The notes beneath the pieces were generated by a model. That model saw only the letters and a list, made by a program, of their open reading frames with translations. It had not been told where the DNA came from and did not search any database. Positions 54,665 through 64,000 of a stretch of 64,000 nucleotides of DNA are shown here, in pieces. The position numbers were made by a program, and so were the translations under genes. This DNA comes from the human T2T-CHM13v2.0 reference genome, Homo sapiens, in the NCBI RefSeq assembly GCF_009914755.1, contig NC_060928.1; one strand, 5' to 3'. Numbering within the stretch: the first letter of the stretch is position 1; each line of letters begins with the position of its first letter.

Positions 54665-55550
54665 CCAGTGCTAGAATGGGATAAGTATTCTTTCTGTTTC
54701 ACATGCTGTATCTCTAAGTTACCAATTCTGTCAATTTTTTTTATTAAGTATGTTTCATTTGAATGTCCTCCTTTCTATCTGTATTGTCACTGATTTACCA
54801 TAGGTACTCATCACCCCTCGTTAACACTGCTTTCAAAAGTATTTTAAATAGTTGCCTTTTTCAAAGTCTTATCTTTGTAGAAGAACTAGACTTATCTTTT
54901 GCTCTTCATGGAAGAACTAGACTTATCTGGTTACATGCAAACCCACTTATTTAAAATCCATCCATGAATCCCTTTTGCCTAAAGGATGATGTCCAAGCTC
55001 CTCCATTTGATGTAAAAGATGTTTCGAAATCTAGTATTTTCTTATAGCTCCATCCTCCACTAACCTTTGTACAATCAATGCATTTTGTTCCCTATAATTT
55101 TTCTCATATTTCCTATTATGATGTATTAGTGTTTTCCAGAAGAACCAATAGAATACATAATCTCACATTTTCTATTGCTTATAATTTTATTTTAGTTTTC
55201 TTTCTTCTCTCACTAGCCAACAAGCTTCTTAAAAAACCTAGATTCTTTTACTCTTTTCTTCCCTGTAACATTATTCAGGTAATAATAGGCATGCTATAAA
55301 TAAATGTTACATAAAAAAGAAAAAAAAATCTCATCAAAATATTGAGGAAGTCTAAAATTCCACCCACAATAGTGGCTTTTCCCTAATGCTCTGTCACTCT
55401 CACTTTATATTTGTGATTTCCTTTTGTTAAATAATATTGAACTAATGTATTTTCTATTTTCTAAATCTTTACATATGCTATATTTATTATTTGACTTTAG
55501 AAGAACAATTCCTTCTTTATATTTTGAATTTTTGTCTATACATTTCTTAG

Positions 55551-56006
55551 TGTGATGGCTAATTTTATGTGTCAGTTTGACTTGGCTAAGGGACATACAG
55601 ATAGCTGGTAAAACATTTCTGGGTATGCCTGCGAGGGTGCTTCTAGAAGAGGTTAGCTTTGGAACTTACTAGTTCCAGAGTGGAAAAGATGGGCCCTTAC
55701 GAATGTGGGCAAACATCAGTCAATCTATTGAGTGCCCAAACAGAATAAAAAGTCAGAGAAGGGGTAATTCATTCTGTCTGCTTGAGCTGAGATATCGCCT
55801 TCTGACTTCAGTGCTCCTGGTTTCTTGGCTTTTTGACTCAGACCTGGAGGGACTTATACTACTGGCCCAGAGTCTCAGGCCTTTGGAGCTTAAACTGAAC
55901 TATACCACTGGTTTTCCCAATTTTCCAACTGGCAGATCTCTGTGCTGTGGAACTTCTGGTCCTCCATAACCATGTAAGCCAGTTCCTCTATTACATCTTC
56001 TCTTAC

Positions 56007-56066
<60 letters not shown>

Positions 56067-56100
56067 ATTGATGCTGTTGTCTGGAGAGCCCTAATATACA
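55551..56100 (+). mobile_element. MLT2B-like ERVL solo LTR
   Basis: TGTGATGGCTAATTTTATGTGTCAGTTTGACTTGGCTAAGGGA...CTGGAGAGCCCTAATATACA. Confidence 0.9.
56008..56061. repeat. (TA)n microsatellite within MLT2
   Basis: About 27 TA units with one CA interruption. Confidence 0.95.
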
Positions 56101-56502
56101 TAAGTTTAGATTAGTTGTGATTCATGGATTTAGACATGGAAAATAATCTAGACTTTATGGTTAATGGTGATCTCCTAAACAGAACTTTGGAATTCTCTGA
56201 TCATACTTTTTAAAGTTACTACCTTGGATGAAGTGCTGTGTCAATAGCTGACCTCACTCATCACAAGTGACTATTTTAGCTAAACCTCAGAGTCCAGTGG
56301 TTCATTTTTTCTTGCTTTACATGATTAACATCTGCATATTCAATATTAGATTCTTTCTGTCATTATGAAGATCAGAACACTGAAGACAAAATAATGATAG
56401 TTTTTTTTTAAAAGGAAACTCTTGTCAGAGAATGTCACCACAGAGTATTTTATAGATTTGGGTTCTGTGTAGTTCTACTATAAAGGGCCATCCATATACT
56501 AA

Positions 56503-56650
56503 ACAAGGCTTGACAAGCCACATAGCGTCTTTGCCATGAATTCTCTTTCTTTTTTGTTTTCTACAACACTTTAAAATATAAACACCATTCTTAGCTCATG
56601 GACCATGCAAACATAGGCCTCTGCCAGATTTAATCTTTAACATGAAGTTC
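56503..56650 (+). mobile_element. MER58B-like hAT fragment
   Basis: TACAACACTTTAAAATATAAACACCATTCTTAGCTCATGGACCATGCAAACATAGGCC matches the MER58B 3' half. Confidence 0.7.
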
Positions 56651-56749
56651 TTATGTAATTAGATAACTCCCTAACAGATACACAATGACAGGATACCTGT
56701 CCTCATCCTTTAAAGTATAATGATCTGTTTATTCATTCCTATAGAAAGC

Positions 56750-57234
56750 AACCTTTTGTTTGGCTATAGAAACAATAGAAAAAATTAAATAATATTATTT
56801 AGAAAAACTGAAATAAAAGTGGCATAACTAAGATAGAAGTTTATTTCCTGTAGGTAATTTTATAGAGGGATAAAATTCGAGTCTGATCCACAAATTCCTT
56901 AAGGATTCAGGCTCTTTCAGGCTTAGAAGCCCACTCTTTATTCTCTTGGTTCTAGTTAAAGTCTATGTTTAAGGTCGGGTGAAAGAGAAACAAGATAGAA
57001 AAGTGGCAGCATCAAGTCTATATAAAGAAATCGTGAAGAAAGCTTCTGTGAGAACTTAGGTTCATATTCTTTTAGGCTGAATTTATTCATGTGGGCATAT
57101 CTAGCTGCAAGGAAAGTTCATCAACCTGCTCTCTTTATACTATTAATAGGTGGTAATTTTCGTAGGCGGATTTTCAATTTCTATGATAGAAGTGGAGAAC
57201 AGGTTTTAGGGGATATCTACAAGATCCTGCCATA
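56750..57234 (-). mobile_element. Old MLT1 (K/L-like) LTR, decayed
   Basis: AGTGGCATAACTAAGATAGAAGTTTATTTC...AAGGATTCAGGCTCTTTC...CTAGCTGCAAGGAAAG. Confidence 0.55.
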
Positions 57235-58495
57235 ATTCTTTTTTTATTTAAATATGGAAGCCCAATTATTGTATGTTAACGTTTATTTCCATGACAAAGC
57301 ATAACAGATGCAGAAATATTATTAATATTTTTATAGTTTTATTCAGATAGCAATATATTTTAATATTTTCACTAAATTATCTAAAGAAATATTTGCTAGT
57401 CTATTAAAATAGCTTATACCAAAACTAGATTTTTCTGAGAAATATCTATATATCACAAGTATAACTAATAAATATATATAATTTGCTCATAATGTACTCA
57501 TCTTAGAACATAAATAACTTTAGTAATGAGTATTAATGTACCTCATTCTGCCAAATATTTTTAACTTTCTGATTTCTCATATTCTGACATGATATATGGA
57601 GAGCTATTAAGAATAAAAATATATGAAAAGAATGTTTTAAAATAATTCTGTGTTTTAAAGAAGAATTCATTAAGATACATTACCCCAGAATAGTCTCCCA
57701 AGAAACTACCTTTACTATGTATTACTTCAACTACAACAACAAAAAGGTAGCAAGAATATAAATTTCCACATAGTTGTAGCTTCTTCATCTGCATTTTTAA
57801 CTAAGGGAAGTCTGGGATTATGAAGGAGATGTTGGGATGTGAATCATGTGATATCTAATTTACCCTTCTAGTTTTACCTATATACAATGTTTAGGTTTTC
57901 CATATCTTACATTTTCCACTGAGAAAGAAAAGAAAATATTTATAATATTTATTCCTATCTTACCTGGGAAATACTATGAATTATACACATACCCATGTGA
58001 ATTTTTGTGTGATCAAAATTAAAATATAACAAAGAATAAAATAAAGGGATTGAAAATATTAACTTTGAAAACATATGATCTTTTTCATAAGCTCATAAAC
58101 AGATGGAAATTATTCTAGGATTATTTCACTAAAATAATAATTTTAATAATAAAATTCATACATTATATGAAGAATTTCTACAGTGATTATTTCCAGCTAT
58201 GTTATTTGAATATTTCTTTCTTTGACAACATAAGTATAACTGGTATAGAAATTTTTTTTCTACTATTTCTATGTATTTACTAAACTACTACATTATACTG
58301 GGTTTGATTTCAATGTATTTGAAATAAATTACATAAAATAACATTTTCACCAAAATTATATCTACTGACAATTATGTATATATAAACTGATCTATTTTGA
58401 GGTCATTACATATGATTATTTTATTTTATTTTTCACTTTTATTTTGATCTCAGCAGGTACATGTGCAGATTTGTTATAACAGTATATTGTGTGAT

Positions 58496-58893
58496 AGCAA
58501 AGACATGGAATCAACCTAAATGCCCATCAATGACAGAAGGAAAGTGTGGTACATACGTATACACCATGGAATACTATGCAGTCACAAAAAGAACGAGATC
58601 ATGTCTTGTTCAGGAACATAGTTGAAGCTGGAGTTCTTTATCCTCAGCAAACTAATGCTGGAAGAGAAAAACAAATACTGCATGCTCTCACTTATAAGTG
58701 GGAGCTAAATGATGAGAACTCATGAACATAAAGAGGGGAACAACAGACACTGGGCCATACTTGAGCGTAGAGGGTGAAAGCAGGGAGAGGATCAGATAAA
58801 ATAACTACTGGCTACTAGGCTTAGTACCTGGGTGATGAAATAATCTGTAAAACAAACCCTGTGCTTCAGTTTACCTATATAACAAACCTGCAC
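58496..58893 (+). mobile_element. Tailless L1PA13-like 3' fragment inserted antisense into the host L1
   Basis: AGCAAAGACATGGAATCAACC...AACAAACCTGCAC, no poly(A); flanked by ATTGTGTGAT at 58486-58495 and 58894-58903. Confidence 0.88.
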
Positions 58894-59365
58894 ATTGTGT
58901 GATGCTGAGGTTTGGGGTTTGGTTGAACTTGTCACCCAGGTAATGAACATAGTATCCAATAGGTAGATTTCTAACACTTGTCCCCTGCTTTTCCTTCCCA
59001 CCCTTTATAGTCCTCAGTGTCTATTGTTCCCACTTTTACGTCCATTTTTGCCCAATGTTCAGCTTCCACTTATAAGTGAGAACATGTGGTATTTGCTTTT
59101 CTGTTTCTGGGTTAATTTGCTTAGAATAATGGCCTAGAGCCACATTCATGTGGCTGCAAAGGACATGATTTTGTTCTTTTTTATGGCTGCAGATTATTCC
59201 ATAGTGCATATATACCATATTTTCTGTATCCAATCCACTGTTGATAGACACCTAGGTTGATTCCACGTCTTTGCTATTGTGAATAGTGCTGCAGTGAACG
59301 TATGAGTCCACGTGTCCTTTTTGGTAGAACAATCTATTTGCCTTTGTGTATATACCCAGGAATGG

Positions 59366-60078
59366 TGATGGCAGTGGTGGCCTGTCTGAAGTGGCTGCTG
59401 CCATGACACTGGCTGCAGTGAGAGGCATGGCCAGGACTATGAGCTCAACCAAGCCGGTGGGAGTTGGGAATAGGAGGCAGCCCCGCCCCCTTCCAAGGAG
59501 GGGCTGGAGTCCCGCCCTCCCAGGTGCAGCAGCAGTCTCCCAGCGTGGCTGCAGACCCGGGCATCCCTGCACTCTCAGGGACCCAGGAAGTGCCCCGCAG
59601 GCTCAGAAGTGCCTGCTCCCACTGCCTGGCCTTTCCCTGCTCCAGGCACCTGCTTGCATTTCAGTGCAAAGTTGAGGCTGAGCCCAGGCACTGTCGTGAC
59701 CCAGGAGGGTGTGTGCCCACTCCGGGCAGCGCCGACATGCCAGCCCGCTACCCCTTCGGCGCCCTCCAGCTGCAGCCTTGCAAGGAGCCGGCACCTGTGC
59801 AGGCACCTGGAGCTTCCTACCCTCCTGCAGCAGCCAGCGTGTCTGGCTGTGCACAGTGGCTGGACCCTGCGCTCGCTTGCCCACACATCCCTTGCCACTC
59901 CACACTTGACTTGCACTTGGTAGGTGTGGAATCCAGGCTGGTAGCGCAAGCTGAGCATAGCCTGCTGGACCGAGTGGGTGAAATGAGCATAGCGGGCGCG
60001 AGCAATACTCAGTCAGAAGGTGCTGCTGGCCACAGAGGTTTCCGGCTGGTGAACAGACACCCCAAGGATCCTGTGACA
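59366..60078 (+). mobile_element. MER52-family ERV1 solo LTR, probably internally deleted
   Basis: TGATGGCAGTGGTGGCC...CCCCAAGGATCCTGTGACA; GC-rich; 4-bp TSD ATGG, and removing it restores the L1 sequence ATACCCAGGAATGGGAGTGCTGG. Confidence 0.88.
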
Positions 60079-60819
60079 ATGGGAGTGCTGGGATGACTGG
60101 TCACTCTATTTTTAGTTACTTGAGGAAGCTGCTTTCCACAGTGGCTGAACTAATTTACATTCCCACCAACAGTATATAAGCATTTTCTTTTCTCCAAACC
60201 CTTGCCAGCATCTGTTATTATTTGACTTTTTAATAATAGCCATTCTGATTGGTGTGAGATGTTACCTTGTGGTTTTGCTTTGAATTTCTCTGATGATTTG
60301 TGATGTTGTGCATTTTTTCATAAAATGCGATTATTTTAAAGGCATATACAAAGTCAGCCCTATGCAGAGGCTACTTTCCTTTGATGTAAGTACTTTTATT
60401 TCAGGAGCAAATTAATAAGTACTAATCTCACATATTTTTAGAAATTTAAGAGTTCAGGAGAGAGAAGAATGATAAGTACTGTGTGAATATTTAGTTTAGC
60501 ATGACAGACAAAACCAAAGCTTGTCAGTACCAAATAACATATGCCATAAAACCACTAATTTGTTTCATTTTGTGAATTCTTCATTAGATTCTATGTAGTT
60601 TTAAACTATTGAAAAGAAGGCTTCAAACTCAGCAAATGTATAGAAGATTCAAATAATCCATATATCTAAATAAAAACTAATATGCTTCCAAATATTTCTG
60701 AAAAATGGTAAAGGAACAGGAGAAAGAGAATGAAACCTAGCAAATCAATTTGCCTGAAATATTAGTTACTTATGTCATGATTATTCTATCATAGTTGTTT
60801 CTGCCAACTACAAACACAT

Positions 60820-61180
60820 TGATATGGTTTGGCTGTGTCCCCACCGAAATCTCATCTTGAACTGTAGCTCCCATAATTCTCACATGTCGTGGGAGGGACC
60901 TGGTGTAAGGTAATTGAATCATGAAGATGGGTCTTTCCCATGCTGTTCTTGTGATAGTGAATAAGTCTCATGAGATCTAATGGTTTTATAAAGGGGAGTT
61001 CCCCTGCATGTGCTCTCTTGCCTGCCGCCATGTAAGATGTGACTTTGTTTCTCCTTCACCTTCTATCATGATTGTGAGGCCTCCCCACCCATGTGGAAAT
61101 GTGAGTCAATTAAACCTCTGTCCTCATAAATTTCCCTGTCATGGGTATGTCTTTATTAACAGCATGAGAACAGACTAATA
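60820..61180 (+). mobile_element. THE1B-like MaLR solo LTR
   Basis: TGATATGGTTTGGCTGTGTCCCCACC...GAGAACAGACTAATA; terminal CA and right TSD not seen. Confidence 0.93.
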
Positions 61181-62315
61181 TGTCTTCATAGGATGTGGTG
61201 TATAGGTTATTACAGTAGTTATAACAACTTTTGAAGTAAGATCTTGAATTCAGCATTTAAAAGTACTAATGTAGTTATTCCCCTGTAGAATTCTCATAAA
61301 TACATGAATCAATATTATTTTATATTTTATATTTTTAAAATAAGAGGTCACACTTTTTATGTAATGAAGTATATTATTTTAACATTATGAGGGTAATACA
61401 AACTAGTTTAAAATAATTTCTACAATGCAAACAATTATTATTTATAAAACTGCATACATATATTACAATATAATAAGGTTTCATACAATTAACATCCAAA
61501 AAAAAAAAGAAATAATATTAATTGGCTGTGTTCGTTGGCCACAAACAAGTATTCATTCTCATTTCATACCAGAGGAATGCAAGTAATTGCAATTTAAGCT
61601 AAATGAAGTCATTTACATACATTTTACTCTCTTACTGGTGCTTTTGGGGTTCAAATTATAATTCTTTCTGGTATCAAATAGCTGATATTTATGTAATGCT
61701 CTGCTTTTCATCAAGTATTTGGTAAACATAATATTCCATTAACAAATACAATATTTTTAAATAAAATTATTGCTTCAGGGTCTGATTTGACACACTATTC
61801 AAAGCCATTATGAAATACGCTGCTCTGTGGGGGTTCTTTTAACTGCAAGTCGTATTTGCTAATAGTTTTTTTTTTTTTTTTACTAAATACTTTCACAAGA
61901 TTTATAGCAGAAATGATAGCAGTAAATGTTCAACTGTATTGTATTAGTAGTAGAAGTTTTGTTGAGCTCATGGCATCCTTTGATTAACTACCATTGGAGA
62001 CATATTTTGGAACAGGGCTGTGTCATGGCTCTATGTCACCATGTTTCATGGTGGGCCTTTAGGGAGGGTAAGTGTGTAAACATTCACTTAACAACAGATG
62101 TATGGACAAGTTGTGAAAGTAATGACTAATTGACTGCCATTCGGGATTTATTTGGAAATCTTTTGACTTCAGCTCCACCACACTTAATGATGAATGAAGT
62201 CTCTTTCTCTAATAGAGGGAAACAGCAAGCTTGGGCCCAGAGCAGGCACTCTGAGATGTGACTACAAGTCATAGTGTTTCAGTCCATGGATATGAACAAA
62301 TAGAAACAATGAATC

Positions 62316-62392
62316 TAAGGTTTCCCACTTTTTTTATATTGAAAATAACAAATATAAGGTTTCCCACTTTTTTGATATTGAAAATAACAAAT
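62316..62392. repeat. Tandem duplication, 39-bp period, 37/38 identical
   Basis: TAAGGTTTCCCACTTTTTT(T/G)ATATTGAAAATAACAAAT at 62316-62353 and 62355-62392. Confidence 0.95.
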
Positions 62393-63620
62393 TAGTTATA
62401 TAAAACACAGTAACTGATTTCTTTGCATACTTAAAATAATTCAAATGGAAGCAAATATGGTTGAATTTTAAACATTCTAATTCTATAGTGCTTATTATTG
62501 GTTGTAGAAAGAAAGTATAATTTCTGTTTTCTGTGGGGCGTAGTCTATATTTTATTATTTCTGCTAAAGTGTAGAATGGCCAAATGTACAAGTCTTCTTG
62601 TTAATTTTCATGGTTTTACTATAAAGGACTATATGTGACTACAATTAATTTTCTTAGTAACCATATTTATTCCATCAAGAAGCAATTTCCTTTCTCTTAC
62701 ATCATGGTTACCTCTAATTTGTTGAAAGAAGATGCAGAACAATTGGAGAGAAGACGAAAGAATATTAAGCAGGTATTATTGGGATTAGTAATTGGAACTT
62801 TTTATTTTTCTCAAAAAATAAAATCTATTTATTTATTTATTTATTTAGACTTTGCTTCTTTAAATATAAAGCTATCACAGAGTACCAAACTTTTAGTTTA
62901 TGTTTAACGTTATAAGGACTCCATCTTATTAGATTCAGGTAAAAATGTCGGTAATTGGGAATAAATGGAGCTGATACCATAAAAGATTTAAAAGCTTTCT
63001 TTATGGTCTTATCCTTATCCATTGCTCTAGATTCCTGAATATATTTTGGATCCAAATACATGAAAAAATGCAATTTTCAAACATTTGACTGCTTAAGTGT
63101 ATTATATCACCTCCATGACTTGAGTGAGTCTGTCATTCAGGAATATAAGTAGGTAAGAGGAAGAATATTCCAGTACTTACTGGGCTAAATAAAGAATATT
63201 GGTTTATAATCTGCTCTCCATTCACTCCTTCTGTTTCATTAACTTAAAGAATTCAGTAGTACGTTTTCCAACAGCCACATTTTGTAACTCCCCACAATCA
63301 TCCTCCTGCTATTTGTGGCTTCACGTACATCCCCCATTTGTTCTTCACCAGTGTCACATAGGCCTACCTAGTCGTATTTGGGCAAAAGTAAAGCTAGTGA
63401 AAATTTAGCATATTTAATCATAGATCTTAGACTAACACAAAGGTGGGGTAATGATAGAAGATTGATATAAAATGAAATATGCACTGACAAAAAATAGCAA
63501 GGTCATCAATTTCCTGTAAGAATTAGGTGGGAGGAAAAAAATATTTGCGAGGTGACAGACTGAACAGAGGTAGCCTGGGTAATATAAAGGTGGACAAAAG
63601 GAAATTTTAAAAAGCATTAA

Positions 63621-64000
63621 TGTTAAGAACTTATTATAGAACATGAAGTCTTATCTTACTTGCAAGCTGAGACAATAGGCTTCCAGTTTCATACACACTG
63701 GCACGAGACTCCTGAGTGAGAGACAGGCATTATTATGGCACAGCAGGCAAGGTGAGCTTCTTGTTCCTGTCACTTCCCTTTCCCAGGTCCCAAGGGGGTA
63801 ATGTTGAGCAGTACACAAGTGGATGCTGCACATATATATAGTTGGTTCATGTAACAGCTGAAAACCCTTGAGTTTAGAAAATTTCCATCTTTTAATGTGG
63901 GCTGGTAGAAAACTTGCCCAAATTTTCACATGGATGAAGACATTATCTTTAATATCCTAGTCTGGAAACAAACATGCATTCTGCCCTGGAGGAAGCCACA
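63621..64000 (-). mobile_element. LTR40-like ERVL LTR (runs off the window end)
   Basis: TGTTAAGAAC...TCTTACTTGCAAGCT...GAGACTCCTGAGTGAGAGACA resembles the reverse LTR40 end. Confidence 0.65.

Larger units (their letters stand above)
52330..55310 (+). mobile_element. Decayed L2 interrupted by MER4 and LTR1
   Basis: L2-like segments (TTCAACTTCATGGTCCC, AACTTCAAATTAAAAATATTC, GATGTCCAAGCTCCT) on both sides of the LTRs; boundaries approximate. Confidence 0.55.
58424..60324 (-). mobile_element. L1PA15-17-like 3' fragment hosting two insertions
   Basis: Three collinear pieces (58424-58495, 58904-59365, 60083-60322); TSD ATATGATTATTTTA / ATGCGATTATTTTA at 58410-58423 and 60325-60338. Confidence 0.88.

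Noticed and set aside
59252-60096. Longest ORFs in the track (210, 158, 127 aa)
   Set aside because: They lie in the GC-rich MER52 LTR, overlap on both strands and have low-complexity Ala/Pro/Gly composition, as expected from stop-codon scarcity.

Overview
AT-rich, gene-poor primate genomic DNA (most likely human or great ape, because it carries a near-consensus AluY). Most of the window is interspersed repeats: L1 (an end-intact but internally deleted L1PA7/8, a 5'-truncated L1PA13-like copy, a near full-length ancient L1MA9-like copy and many 3' fragments), L2, MIR, seven Alus, about 17 solo LTRs and DNA-transposon relics. I find no intact protein-coding gene, RNA gene or CRISPR array. The longer and recognisable ORFs in the track are repeat-derived and the rest look like chance frames. 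I cannot support a novel multi-gene biological system here. The observations most worth checking are: (1) an L1 with both ends and its TSD but two large microhomology-bounded deletions that both keep the reading frame, one fusing ORF1 to ORF2; (2) an 84-nt inverted-duplication hairpin inside a MIR; (3) a tailless L1 fragment inserted antisense into another L1; (4) a candidate 56-nt minus-strand exon in unique sequence; (5) a young AluYc1-like insertion; (6) an AluY with an odd substitution spectrum; (7) a hAT transposase fossil; (8) old local duplications. Subfamily names come from recalled consensus sequences, not a database search. Boundaries without a TSD are approximate, and LTR strands are relative to the usual library consensus.
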